From positions 576,001 through 640,000 of the forward strand of contig CAVPLT010000007.1 in NCBI GenBank assembly GCA_963706325.1: a DNA stretch of 64,000 nucleotides. Direction: 5' to 3'. This DNA comes from an uncultured Nitrospiraceae bacterium (lineage in GTDB: Bacteria; Nitrospirota; Nitrospiria; Nitrospirales; Nitrospiraceae). The position numbers and the translations under genes were made by a program. Shown in pieces: positions 49,407-59,417 of the stretch. How positions within the stretch are numbered: the first letter of the stretch is position 1; every line of letters begins with the position of its first letter. A model generated the notes under the pieces. It saw only the letters and a program-made list of their open reading frames with translations. It was not told the DNA's origin and ran no database searches.

Positions 49407-50858
49407 ATGCATTTGAAGGCGAGTGCGAGTGGGGCTCGGAAGTCGGGCGGATGGATGGCGCTGATGATCATCTCGGGGGCGCTGGTGTGTCTCTGGCCAT
49501 CTGCCGCATCGGCGCGTTCGGTAAAGGAGGCTCAAGGGGCGTTTGACAAGAAGCAGTATGAGGAGGCGCTGGACCTGATCGAGCAGATTGTCAAAGAGAA
49601 GGGGCCTCAGCCAGAGATGAGGCGGCTCAAGATTCGATCCCTCATTCATGTGGGCAAACCGAAAGACGCGCTGGCTGAATATGATCAGCTGACACAAGGA
49701 CTTACGCAGGACGATCCGGTTCTTCTCAGAGAATTGGGAATAGGGTTTGCCACGGTCCTGGTGAAAGACATGCGGGAGCAGATGCGAGGCGCGGCCTATA
49801 CGGCTCTTAAAGATGTGGATTCTCCCGAAACCATCCCCTTCCTGGAAGACGGGTTGAGTGATGGGTCAGGCTTGGTGCGAGCTCTGGCGGCAGAGGCGTT
49901 GGGGAAACTCGAAGCCGGTCGGCGTTCGCCGCGATTGCGCAATGCTCTGGAGGACCAAGCGGGATTGGTGAAGGCGACCGTGCTGAAAGTGCTGGGAAAG
50001 AGCGGCGATCGATCCGTGATCCCGCTGCTTGAGAAGGCTCTGAAGGACGAGCAGCCGGTCGTGCGCTTGGCGGCCGCCGGGGCGCTCTACCACATGGGGC
50101 AGACGGCGATGTGGGAAACGGTTCGTCAGGCGGCATCGGCGCAAAACCCAGAAGAGCGAGCCACGGCACTCCGCTTGGTTGGAGAGTTGAAGGACGCGCG
50201 AGGGTTGGAGATTCTTTTGGAGGCCGTCACCCATGCGCAACCTTCCGTCAGAGGCGCCGCTGCCTCCGCCTTGGGAGATCTTGGGAAAGTGCAGGGAATT
50301 CCAGCCTTGGAGCGCGCTCTTGAAGACAAGATTCCAGCCGTCAAGACGTCAGCGGCGATCAGCCTAGGAGAATTGGGCGTGAAAGATTCTCTGGTTCCAC
50401 TGAGGAAAGCGCTGGTGGATCCAAACCCTGTGGTGAGGGCTGCAGTGGTATCGGCGCTGCTGCGAGTGGGAGAACCGTTTGAAGCGGTTGGGCCCGAGCT
50501 GTATGAATTGGCTCAAAACAATGATCCGGGAACTCGCTCCGCGGTCGGCAAAGCCGTGGGTCGCGCCCATGGCGTCAACCGGAAGGCGGGCATCGAATTC
50601 CTCGCCGGCATGTTGAAGGATCCCATTCCCCGCCCTCGCATTGCGGCGGCTCGCGCGCTTGGACAGATCGGAGGGGCTGACGTCCTACCGATCTTGAAAG
50701 CGTCGCTGCGCGATGAAGATGATGCCGTTCGTGCGACTGCGGGGGGAGCGATAGCCCGAGTTCTCGGACACACAAAATTATCAGGTAATTCAGCGAAAAT
50801 TGTGAGCGTCCAGGTGGCTGGATTTCAAGTTGACAGTGCGAGTAAGATTCCAGTATAG
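49407..50858 (+). CDS. Exported HEAT-repeat protein with N-terminal TPR-like segment
   Basis: Signal peptide; about ten PBS-lyase-type HEAT repeats (L..AL.D....VR.AAA.ALG). Confidence 0.88.
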   Translation: MHLKASASGARKSGGWMALMIISGALVCLWPSAASARSVKEAQGAFDKKQYEEALDLIEQIVKEKGPQPEMRRLKIRSLIHVGKPKDALAEYDQLTQGLTQDDPVLLRELGIGFATVLVKDMREQMRGAAYTALKDVDSPETIPFLEDGLSDGSGLVRALAAEALGKLEAGRRSPRLRNALEDQAGLVKATVLKVLGKSGDRSVIPLLEKALKDEQPVVRLAAAGALYHMGQTAMWETVRQAASAQNPEERATALRLVGELKDARGLEILLEAVTHAQPSVRGAAASALGDLGKVQGIPALERALEDKIPAVKTSAAISLGELGVKDSLVPLRKALVDPNPVVRAAVVSALLRVGEPFEAVGPELYELAQNNDPGTRSAVGKAVGRAHGVNRKAGIEFLAGMLKDPIPRPRIAAARALGQIGGADVLPILKASLRDEDDAVRATAGGAIARVLGHTKLSGNSAKIVSVQVAGFQVDSASKIPV

Positions 50859-50859
50859 A
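50830..50859 (+). promoter_or_regulatory. Possible sigma70 promoter for ORF 51006
   Basis: TTGACA (50830-35), 18-nt spacer, TATAGA (50854-59). Confidence 0.4.
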
Positions 50860-51005
50860 CAAATGTTCAGAGGTCTGAGCTCAGCGCGTTATCTCTGTCT
50901 ATCGAACGAGACTGACATCGGGGGCAGTAGTCACCGGCCCCTCCGTAATTGATTGGGTGACGGAAGTAGAGATTCGGTTAATGTTCATTACAAGGAGGCA
51001 GTGAC

Positions 51006-51800
51006 ATGAAGGGTGCGATGAAAATAGTATTCGGCGTTGCGGCCGCAGCGTTTCTGGCTGCGCCCCTCGCCTCGTTTGCCGGCGGCACGATAGCCGGTAA
51101 GGTGACGTATGCAGGGAAGGCGGAGCAGAAGGAATTTCTCTTCTCGAAGTTTCCGAATCCAAAGTTCTGCCCCAAGAACCCGAACAAGGCCCTCATGGAT
51201 GGCGATAAGCGCTTCCTGAAGACCATAGAGGTGGGTAAAGACGGCGGATTGAAAAACGCCATTGTCTCTGTGGTTGACGTCGAGGATCAGGCTTTTATGG
51301 ATGGCTATAAGGGCGTGGATGTCGTTGCAGAGTTTTGCGAATTCCTGCCGTTTTCCGGAGTGGTGGTCAACAACAAGAATTTTCGCGTAGAAAATCATGA
51401 TGCTGATCCCGATGACCCCAAGTCCACCTTGGGCGTGCTCCACAACCCGCACAGCTTTGTGGTGAAGGGTTCCAGCTCCGCCACCGGTTTCAACATCGGT
51501 TTGGCGAAGAAGGGTGATAAGTTAGAGAAGCCCGTACAGTTCCGCGGCGGTGCCGAAAAGACCGGCTTCTATCGCTTGCAGTGCGACCAGCATGAGTTCA
51601 TGCAGTCCTTCTTCCTCCCGGTATGGAATCCGTACCATGCCGTGGTGAAGGACGATGGATCGTTCGAGCTCTCTGGTGTTCCAGCCGGGAAGCACAAAGT
51701 GGTGGTTTGGCACCCTGCTGTCGGCAAGGGTAAGCTGAATGAATTCGAAGTTGAAGTTCCGGAAGGTGGAGCGGCCACTTTGAAGGCTGACCTCAAGTAA
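51006..51800 (+). CDS. Exported cupredoxin/carboxypeptidase-regulatory-like domain protein (divergent paralog 3)
   Basis: AAGGAGG RBS; signal peptide ending SFA; VLHNPH...LQCDQHEFM; FELSGVPAGKHKVVVWHP. Confidence 0.8.
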   Translation: MKGAMKIVFGVAAAAFLAAPLASFAGGTIAGKVTYAGKAEQKEFLFSKFPNPKFCPKNPNKALMDGDKRFLKTIEVGKDGGLKNAIVSVVDVEDQAFMDGYKGVDVVAEFCEFLPFSGVVVNNKNFRVENHDADPDDPKSTLGVLHNPHSFVVKGSSSATGFNIGLAKKGDKLEKPVQFRGGAEKTGFYRLQCDQHEFMQSFFLPVWNPYHAVVKDDGSFELSGVPAGKHKVVVWHPAVGKGKLNEFEVEVPEGGAATLKADLK

Positions 51801-51834
51801 GATCAGTTTTTAAGCTGCGGAATGGCTCGCTGAC

Positions 51835-51872
51835 AGAAGGGCAGTGGTTCGAACCGGACCACTGCCCTTTTT
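51835..51872 (+). terminator. Rho-independent terminator
   Basis: AAGGGCAGTGGT...ACCACTGCCCTT followed by a T run. Confidence 0.8.
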
Positions 51873-52083
51873 GTTGCGTCGCTTCATCTACTGCTTGGTC
51901 GTGTCGTACGCGCGCAGTTTTAGGAGGCCAATCGACGGCGCCTGTACCAGCCAATCTGCCGAGTGAGCGCATCAGCAAGAGGCTTGTCGGCACGGGTTTC
52001 TGAAGGGTTACTCGCCTTGCGTTTCTCTTTCTGAACTTAGTAAGATGCCCACTTCAATGCCACATTTTTTGAGTGGGTGACGA

Positions 52084-53073
52084 GTGCCTCGAGAATTGTC
52101 CCTCGCCGAAGTCTTCCAGTTAGGATACTACTGGGAGACCAAAATTCTTTTGACTGCCGTAAAGTTAGACGTATTTTCAGCGCTGGATGCGCGGGGACGT
52201 ACTGCCATTGAAGCCGCCGAAAAAGTCCGCGCCAATGTGCGAGCGCTGGAACTTCTGCTGAACGCGCTGGTAGCTATCAGGCTCCTCACGAAAACCGGTG
52301 ATCTCTATACAAACACGTCGGTAGCCACGACCCATCTGGTTAAGCATTCGCCACAATACGTGGGGCATTTGCTTCTCCTGCACGATGCTGAGTGGGGCAA
52401 TTGGGGACAGCTGGAAGCGGCGGTCACCACCGGCAGGTCCCCTGTCACGCAACATGTCTTTGAAACGGACCCGGCTCTCGGTGCGAACGTATTGTCCGTG
52501 TTGCACCGAATCGGGCAACAGAGTGGTCCTGATTTGGCAAAGCGTTTAGCCCTTGGCCATGCGCGGACGATGCTTGATCTCGGCGGAGGTGCGGGGACGA
52601 ATGCTATCGCATTTTGTCAGGTCTATCCACAACTCTCGGCGACGGTCTTTGACTTGCCGGCCACTCTGCCGTTGACAGAGAGGACCGTGAAGGACACTGG
52701 TTTAGAATCGAGGATTGTACTCAAGTCCGGTGACTTTAATCGTGACTCACTGGGCGGTCCCTACGATGTGGTGTTGATGTCGGACATTCTGCATTACCAG
52801 GACCTGGCGACGAATGCCGCATTGGTGAAGAAGATCTATGGCCATCTCAACCCCGGGGGCCGGTTGGTAATCAAAGATCGATTTTTGGATGCGTCCGGCA
52901 CCAGCCCCGCCTGGACGGCGGCATTTGCCGTCCATATTCTCGTCAATACGGAACGAGGCGCCTGCTATCGAACGGCAGAAGCTATGCAGTGGATGCATGA
53001 TGGTGGGTATGAGTCTGTCGAGGAAATTGAGCGGACGGCCGTGGTTCTAGGTATCAGGGCGAGTGCTGGTTAG
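52084..53073 (+). CDS. SAM-dependent methyltransferase (Methyltransf_2 family with dimerisation domain)
   Basis: LDLGGGAG, VFDLP, GDF, SDILH motifs; N-terminal winged-helix dimerisation region. Confidence 0.9.
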   Translation: MPRELSLAEVFQLGYYWETKILLTAVKLDVFSALDARGRTAIEAAEKVRANVRALELLLNALVAIRLLTKTGDLYTNTSVATTHLVKHSPQYVGHLLLLHDAEWGNWGQLEAAVTTGRSPVTQHVFETDPALGANVLSVLHRIGQQSGPDLAKRLALGHARTMLDLGGGAGTNAIAFCQVYPQLSATVFDLPATLPLTERTVKDTGLESRIVLKSGDFNRDSLGGPYDVVLMSDILHYQDLATNAALVKKIYGHLNPGGRLVIKDRFLDASGTSPAWTAAFAVHILVNTERGACYRTAEAMQWMHDGGYESVEEIERTAVVLGIRASAG

Positions 53074-53081
53074 GATGTACC

Positions 53082-53798
53082 ATGTTTGATTTGCTTCGAC
53101 AGCCAGGTTTCTTCGGGACCCATGCCACACTGGGGGCCGACCTGAGCCAGTTGATGGCGGCCTTGTTTACGGGACTGTTTATCATCGGATGGTTCCAGGC
53201 GAAACGCCATCGTGGACATGGCCACCACTGGCTGATGCTGGGAGGCATGGTGGCCATGGTGGGATTTTTTACGGCCTATTACCTATTTCGGCAGTTGGGC
53301 GTGCTGGCCTTCGAAGGAAAGGAAGGATTCGGCGGCTCCCAAGCTTTGTACGATTATGTCTTTATTCCCGTGCTCACTGTCCACATCATTCTCGTGATTA
53401 TCGGGCTGGTGATGGCCGTTTACATGATTGTGCTTGGATTTCGCTCGCAACAATTCATCAGCGGCGCGCGGTTGCTGAGTAAAAACCTGCTGCAGACGTC
53501 GTGGAAAAAGGTCAGTCTGATTTTTGTGGGCCTCACCGCCGTGGTGGCGCTGCTCTTTGGGACGCGCGTGATGTCCGCCGGATTTTCTATGCGAAAGATG
53601 GAGGTCTATCTCTCGCTCCTCATTCTTGTGGCGATTGTCTTTGCAGTCGAAATGGGGATTCAGCGCATTTGGCCTGATGGTGGTCAGCGCCATCGCGCCC
53701 TTGGCCGATTCACAATGATTGTGTACTGTATTTTGTTTCTAACCGGAAGCTTCACCTACGCCATGCTGTATATCCTCTATCCGGGGAAGATTGGCTAA
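53082..53798 (+). CDS. DUF420 (CtaM/YozB-like) membrane protein
   Basis: H...M in the first loop, EGFGG, LTVHIIL and HRALGR motifs; about six TM segments. Confidence 0.7.
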   Translation: MFDLLRQPGFFGTHATLGADLSQLMAALFTGLFIIGWFQAKRHRGHGHHWLMLGGMVAMVGFFTAYYLFRQLGVLAFEGKEGFGGSQALYDYVFIPVLTVHIILVIIGLVMAVYMIVLGFRSQQFISGARLLSKNLLQTSWKKVSLIFVGLTAVVALLFGTRVMSAGFSMRKMEVYLSLLILVAIVFAVEMGIQRIWPDGGQRHRALGRFTMIVYCILFLTGSFTYAMLYILYPGKIG

Positions 53799-53821
53799 AG
53801 GCGGATAGCCGGAAAGTAGAC

Positions 53822-54310
53822 ATGCTTGTATGTGGGTGCGGCAGATGGATGCATACCGAGGGAGTCGAGGAGCGGATCGGGAGTGAAGGCGCGCACTCGT
53901 GGTTCGTCCGATCGGAATGTCGACCATGCCGGTGGTTGGTCGGCATCGACGTGCCGGTGGGGAAGGTTGATGGCATCGTCGACCGGTTGATGTGGAGCGA
54001 TGATGCCAGGCATCGGTTGGATCGTGTCCCGCCCTATGCCGTTCCAGTGTTGCGGGATCTGGTGGAAAGTTTTGCCCGGACAAGGCAACAGCGCGTGATT
54101 ACCTACGATTTGATCGATCAGGCGCAAATCGGTGATGTGGTGTCGTGGGATTCTGACGCCGAGCAACGCCTCGCTAATGTCCCGGCCGCGGTCCGTGCCA
54201 TGGCACGGACCGAACTGGAACGGACGGCCGTGGATCGTGGCGCAGGGCGCGTGACCGTGGCCTTGATGGAAGAGGTCAAGGCGCGATATTTCGGCATGGC
54301 CGCGCAGTGA
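53822..54310 (+). CDS. Protein with N-terminal Cys motif and two PCP_red-like domains
   Basis: CGCG...CRPC followed by two repeats of W..DA..RL..VP...R...E..A..R....T. Confidence 0.75.
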   Translation: MLVCGCGRWMHTEGVEERIGSEGAHSWFVRSECRPCRWLVGIDVPVGKVDGIVDRLMWSDDARHRLDRVPPYAVPVLRDLVESFARTRQQRVITYDLIDQAQIGDVVSWDSDAEQRLANVPAAVRAMARTELERTAVDRGAGRVTVALMEEVKARYFGMAAQ

Positions 54311-54402
54311 GATGAGGCGTAAGTCTTGAGAGCGGTGTGAGGAACGCGGCAGTCATCGTCTCCTTCCTCGTCCAAAAGCTTCCTATTCCCAACGGATGAA
54401 AC

Positions 54403-55488
54403 ATGTTGCACCGGCTGGCACTACGAGTTCTTCCGAGTTTGACCTTAGCCGTGACGGAAGACTCAGTCCGCAAGCGCAAGCGTCTGGTCATGTTTGTTCC
54501 TGGGTTGGTGGCCTTCGCGGTATACCGAGCGGCCAAACAGGGATTTTCATTAGCGGAGCCTATGACCTTGTTGCTCCTGAGCGGCCTGATATCGATGGTG
54601 ACGGCTCTCTGCGCCTATCGTGTTGGACGCGGATTGCCGTTCGCCAGATTGGTCGGCGCGGATGGTGCTCGACGCATCGGGTGGGTCCTGGCCTGGATAG
54701 GTTTTGTCTACGGCATTCAACTCTCGCTGTTGGTGTTAGCCCTGTTGTGGCTGGTCGGATATGATTATGCCCAGCATCCTGATGGACCGGCCATGATGGC
54801 GATCATCATTCCCAGTACCGCAGTCGCGCGCGATGCTTTTGAGATCGGGTACATTCGCTGGCTTGAATCGAGTGGGCGTCCACTGCTCACCTTTCCCGAT
54901 GGCGCCGGACTGCGCACTTTACTTCAGCGGGTCAGTCCCGACTTGTTGGGTTGGATTGTCGGAGGGGCACTCGCTTGCGCAAGCCTGTCCGTTCTGACGA
55001 GCATTTTCATACGCGGCGAGCTGGCGGTGTTGACCCAAGGAACCATCGTCACAGTGGCGGCGGGAACCGTGGCTCTCCTGGCGTTTTTCGCCGGGCAATC
55101 CAGCGGAGGCGCGTGGTTCTCCAGGGTGACCGCGACTCGTTGGGGAGAGCTGATGAAGTTTTGGTGGTGGCCTGGGCTCGCCTTCGCCGCTACGTACTAT
55201 CTGGTGCTGCTCGGAGGCTGCCTGTATATGTTGAAGCGACCGATGGATTCGATTGGACTCTTCGCCGGGGTCGCCGGAATGGTGGGTGGGCTGATGGCGT
55301 TGTACTGTTATTATTTGGGCCATCGACGAGAGATTGAGAATCGCCAGCAGGGAGCCGTATCCAGCGCCTTGTTACGTTGTCCGTTCGTAATGGGGATACT
55401 CGGCAAGTCTCGCGAGGCGATTTCTGGTCCGGCGTTAAATGGATCTGCGGCTGTCTATGACAAGGACAGTGAGAGAGTGTCGTCATGA
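54403..55488 (+). CDS. Hypothetical multi-pass membrane protein
   Basis: About eight hydrophobic segments; HPDGPAMM; C-terminal LLRCPF; overlaps the start of the next gene (ATGA). Confidence 0.7.
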   Translation: MLHRLALRVLPSLTLAVTEDSVRKRKRLVMFVPGLVAFAVYRAAKQGFSLAEPMTLLLLSGLISMVTALCAYRVGRGLPFARLVGADGARRIGWVLAWIGFVYGIQLSLLVLALLWLVGYDYAQHPDGPAMMAIIIPSTAVARDAFEIGYIRWLESSGRPLLTFPDGAGLRTLLQRVSPDLLGWIVGGALACASLSVLTSIFIRGELAVLTQGTIVTVAAGTVALLAFFAGQSSGGAWFSRVTATRWGELMKFWWWPGLAFAATYYLVLLGGCLYMLKRPMDSIGLFAGVAGMVGGLMALYCYYLGHRREIENRQQGAVSSALLRCPFVMGILGKSREAISGPALNGSAAVYDKDSERVSS

Positions 55489-57353
55489 CCACAGGCCTTT
55501 CGTTCCGCTCATGCATCCTTCTGTTGGTCTGCGCAGGACTATTGGTCGCAGGGGCGAGCCTGCTGAATCCCAAACCGCTCGGCGCAGCGGGTCCGTCCAG
55601 TGATGTGTATTTTCAGACGCCCGGCGTGCCTAGTGGTCCCTCGGCCCCTGCGGGGAATGAGAGCCACTATCCTCAGTATGGCTCAGTCGACAGTCGGTTG
55701 CTCATGTGGATCATCATTCAACAGCATACTTATTTCGGTGGCTTTGTGTTGGCGTTGCCGATTTTTTGTGTCCTGCTGGAATTTCTCGGGCTGGTGGCGA
55801 AAAATCCTGGGCTCGCATTGCGCTATGATGGCTTGGCTCAAGATCTCCTGAAGGTCGCTCTCCTTGCCATTTCCGTCACTGCGGCGGTGGGAAGTGTGAT
55901 GTTGACGATGTTCATCACTCTGTATCCCAGTTTTATGCAGTATATGGGAGGGACCTTTAAGGTCATGATGCCTCTCTATGCACTCGTGTTTGTCGGGACC
56001 ACTTTTCTCACGATCGCCTATTATTATAGTTGGGATCGTATGGCGGCACGTGGGACGAAGTGGTTGCATCTCTCGATCGGCCTGCTTGCCGTGGTGTTCG
56101 GCACGTCGCTGCTACTGCTCGCCAATGCCTGGTCGGCCTTCATGATGGCGCCGGCGGGTGTTGATGGCCAAGGCCGGTATTTGGGCAACCCCTGGCATTT
56201 GCTCCATTCCGCGCTGTGGAACCCGTTGAACCTGCATCGGTTTTTGGCGGATATCATGTCGGGCGGAGCAGTAGTCCTCGCCTATGCCTGCTACCGGTTC
56301 TTCACCGGCAAGAGCGAGGAGGAGCGCGCCTACTACGATTGGGTCGGCTACATCTTTTTATTTGTCACCGTGTGCGCTCTGCTGCCGATGCCCTTCGCTG
56401 GCTATTGGTTGATGCGTTCCGTGTATGCGTACAGCCAGAGCATGGGTGTCACGATGATGGGCGGGCTCTTGACCTGGCTGTTTGTGGTGCAAGCGCTCTT
56501 AATCGGCGCGCTCTTTCTCGGCGTCAACTATTATCTGTGGCAAAGTATGGGGCGGATTCGGGGGGGGGAGCGGTATCAATCCTACTACCAATATCTCCTG
56601 CTCGCTCTCACGGGTTGTCTGTTTATTTGGCTGACCCCCCACACGATTCTCATGACCGGCACTGAAGTGAAAGCCATGGGCGGGGCTCAGCACCCCGTGA
56701 TTGGAAACTATGGCGTGATGTCGTCAAAGAATGGGGCAGTCAATGTGATGATCTGCATCACGGCTTTGAGCTATATCTACTACCGTCGGGCGAATCGCAG
56801 CATGACGATTTCCTGGGTGAAGACTGGGAACATCATCCTGGGGGCATTGTTCGGCCTCGGAGCCGCGCACAATATCGGATTATCAGTGTACGGATTTTAT
56901 CTGCCGGCCAGTCTCCGCGTGGGGCTGTCTGGACCGCAGGCGGTGACGACATTGCTGGTGGTTACATTGGGATTGCTGTTGAATCGGCGCATGCTGCAGG
57001 GCGCAACGATTCACGGCCCAGTGCAGTGGGGGCGGATTTCGGTCCGGGGCATGATCGGATTGTTTGGATTGGCAGCGGCGTTTACCTGGGTGATGGGGTT
57101 AATGGGATACATTCGCTCTTCAGGGCGGCTGGCGTGGCATGTCAACGAACTGATGCCAGATACCTCTCCCTGGGCTTTCACACCATCGCTTGGATTTGCC
57201 GCGAAAATGGTCACCATCAACATGGTTGTTTTTTGGGGGGCTGTGTTTATTTTGTTTTGGGTTTGTCAGCGTGGTCGGCAACCGGTCATGCATGAAGAGG
57301 TGATCGCGGAAAAGGAGCCGGGTTTCTTACCCGCTGCCTCGCATGAGGGATAG
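55485..57353 (+). CDS. Cytochrome bd-like oxidase subunit I, paralog A
   Basis: CydA-like QQHTYFGGFVLALP, ANAWSAFMMAPAG, NLHRFLA; many TM segments; no Q-loop. Confidence 0.85.
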   Translation: MTTGLSFRSCILLLVCAGLLVAGASLLNPKPLGAAGPSSDVYFQTPGVPSGPSAPAGNESHYPQYGSVDSRLLMWIIIQQHTYFGGFVLALPIFCVLLEFLGLVAKNPGLALRYDGLAQDLLKVALLAISVTAAVGSVMLTMFITLYPSFMQYMGGTFKVMMPLYALVFVGTTFLTIAYYYSWDRMAARGTKWLHLSIGLLAVVFGTSLLLLANAWSAFMMAPAGVDGQGRYLGNPWHLLHSALWNPLNLHRFLADIMSGGAVVLAYACYRFFTGKSEEERAYYDWVGYIFLFVTVCALLPMPFAGYWLMRSVYAYSQSMGVTMMGGLLTWLFVVQALLIGALFLGVNYYLWQSMGRIRGGERYQSYYQYLLLALTGCLFIWLTPHTILMTGTEVKAMGGAQHPVIGNYGVMSSKNGAVNVMICITALSYIYYRRANRSMTISWVKTGNIILGALFGLGAAHNIGLSVYGFYLPASLRVGLSGPQAVTTLLVVTLGLLLNRRMLQGATIHGPVQWGRISVRGMIGLFGLAAAFTWVMGLMGYIRSSGRLAWHVNELMPDTSPWAFTPSLGFAAKMVTINMVVFWGAVFILFWVCQRGRQPVMHEEVIAEKEPGFLPAASHEG

Positions 57354-57371
57354 GCAGGACTATTACGGAAT

Positions 57372-58040
57372 GTGGAGATGAGTATGAGATTGACGGTCGG
57401 AGTCGCATGGGTTGTGGCGGTGATGGGGTGGTGTGGCCTCACGGGAGTTGGAACGCCGGTGCATGCTGCCGAAGCCAAGGTGTTGGTGCTGGAAGACTTT
57501 CAATCGGCGGATCAGGATGGCTTCCCGATCGATTGGCAACATGAAAATCAGCGCAGCCAAGCCAAGGGCAGGGACGCCTACAAGATTCAATCATCTGACG
57601 GACAGAAGTTCCTTGCCGCCAAAGATGCGGGCCAGCGCGTAAAAAAGCGCAAAATCGATTGGGATCCGAAGGCCTATCCGGTCTTGACGTGGCGGTGGCG
57701 GCTGCATAAAGCGCCGAGCGGTTCGGAGCCCATTGCGGCGCTCTATGCCTCTTTAGATACGGATCTCCTATTCATACCGGTGTTCACCAAATACATCTGG
57801 AGTGCCGGGAGGCCGGAAGGCACCTTCATCGAGGGTGGGATGTTCAGCGGGTCAGAATTGGTGGTGCAAAGCGGCCTGTTGCCTGTCGGCGAGTGGATCG
57901 AAGAACGCATTGATGTCTATGAAGACTTCAAGCGCATTCACAAGCATGAGCCGGCAGAAAAGGCGTGGGGGATTTCTCTGTTTGCCGCTCCCGGCGTCGA
58001 GATCGACTTCGGCACAATTGCAGTGAGTTCTGCCAAGTGA
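57372..58040 (+). CDS. DUF3047-like exported protein
   Basis: Signal peptide; YPVLTWRWR, KYIWS, GEWIEERIDVYEDF. Confidence 0.7.
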   Translation: MEMSMRLTVGVAWVVAVMGWCGLTGVGTPVHAAEAKVLVLEDFQSADQDGFPIDWQHENQRSQAKGRDAYKIQSSDGQKFLAAKDAGQRVKKRKIDWDPKAYPVLTWRWRLHKAPSGSEPIAALYASLDTDLLFIPVFTKYIWSAGRPEGTFIEGGMFSGSELVVQSGLLPVGEWIEERIDVYEDFKRIHKHEPAEKAWGISLFAAPGVEIDFGTIAVSSAK

Positions 58041-58083
58041 GCACGCGCGTCGTCGTGACGGGTCTAAGGAATCGATCATCACT

Positions 58084-58476
58084 ATGAGCCGACCGTGGAC
58101 CAAGACCTGGCTGGATGTCGTGTTTGGTATGGTGGTTATGGGCACGGTTGGAGCATTGATTGGCACGATCTTGGGTGGCTCCTCAGTTCCCATCACGGCT
58201 GGATTGGGAGTCGTACTCGGCGCCATGGTCGGCTTTCTCGGAGGGCGTCGGTTCCTGTTGAGTATCTTGGTGGGGACGGTCCTGGGCGGCCTGCTGGCGT
58301 GGCTCGTTGCGGAGTTTGACAAGATTTTGTACGGTGCTGGAGCCGGTGCGGCTATGGGTGGATTTTTGGGCGTGCAGATTTCGATGTTACTGGATATGCG
58401 AGCGGCGCGGAGAGCAGCGGCTGTAGATGCGAGCGCTGAAGATCTCCCAGCTCAATCGACGGTCACCAAATCATGA
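58084..58476 (+). CDS. Small Gly-rich membrane protein
   Basis: Four glycine-zipper TM segments. Confidence 0.7.
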   Translation: MSRPWTKTWLDVVFGMVVMGTVGALIGTILGGSSVPITAGLGVVLGAMVGFLGGRRFLLSILVGTVLGGLLAWLVAEFDKILYGAGAGAAMGGFLGVQISMLLDMRAARRAAAVDASAEDLPAQSTVTKS

Positions 58477-58491
58477 GGTGCGAGTAGTCTA

Positions 58492-59406
58492 ATGGAAAAC
58501 AGGGGCGTGCTTATTGGGTCGATCATTTTTGTGTTCGCATCGTTCATTTTGATGATCGGGGCGCTGGTTTACGAATCGTATAAGGCCAAGCAGATGCGCC
58601 AATTAGCACTATCTATCACGACAGAGACGAAGGCGGTGGAGGTGTCTACCGCTCAGGACTTCTCTATGTATAAGACGCTCATTGGAGACGACGGGCGAGG
58701 GATGGTTCAAATATCCGAGGGCCCGTTCGTGATGGGCAGTCGTGATAATGATAGTGATCCGGACGAAAAGCCGGAGCATCAAGTCTATTTGAAGCCGTAT
58801 TTCTTAGATAAGCATGAAGCGACGCAGGAAGCGTATGCGCGATTTTCGAAGATGACGAAGCGGCAGACGCGAAAGATCGAGGTGTTTGAAGGCGATCCTG
58901 CCAAGTTGCTCAAGCCGGAAAGCCCGATGATCGCCGTGACGTGGGATGACGCGGAGGCCTATTGTAAGTGGGCAGGAAAGCGGTTGCCGACCGAAGCGGA
59001 ATGGGAGAAGGCCGCGCGCGGGGAAGGCAAACGCCGATATCCTTGGGGCGAGGAGTTTGTGGTGGGCTATGCGAACATCGACGGGGATGAGGATGGGTTT
59101 CGATACCTGGCGCCACCTGGGTCGTTCGAGTCTGGCCGCAGCCCTTACGGGATCTACGATATGACGGGGAATGTCGGTGAATGGGTCGCGGACTTTTATG
59201 ATGAGAACGCCTATCGAAAATCGGCATACCGGGATCCGAAGGGACCAGAGCAAGGCGAGCAGCGCGTCATTCGTGGAGGGTCCTGGCGGGAAACCAAGCG
59301 GAACGTGCGCTCCTCCAAACGATTTCAGGCAAAGCCGTGGCGGCACGATATTACGGTCGGGTTCCGTTGCGCCAAAGATATTGAGGCTGATGGGCCGGCC
59401 AAGTAG
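58492..59406 (+). CDS. Membrane-anchored FGE-sulfatase (SUMF1/EgtB/PvdO) fold protein
   Basis: N-terminal TM helix; RLPTEAEWEKAARG, DMTGNVGEWV, RGGSW, GFRC. Confidence 0.9.
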   Translation: MENRGVLIGSIIFVFASFILMIGALVYESYKAKQMRQLALSITTETKAVEVSTAQDFSMYKTLIGDDGRGMVQISEGPFVMGSRDNDSDPDEKPEHQVYLKPYFLDKHEATQEAYARFSKMTKRQTRKIEVFEGDPAKLLKPESPMIAVTWDDAEAYCKWAGKRLPTEAEWEKAARGEGKRRYPWGEEFVVGYANIDGDEDGFRYLAPPGSFESGRSPYGIYDMTGNVGEWVADFYDENAYRKSAYRDPKGPEQGEQRVIRGGSWRETKRNVRSSKRFQAKPWRHDITVGFRCAKDIEADGPAK

Positions 59407-59417
59407 TCGGTCAGGTC

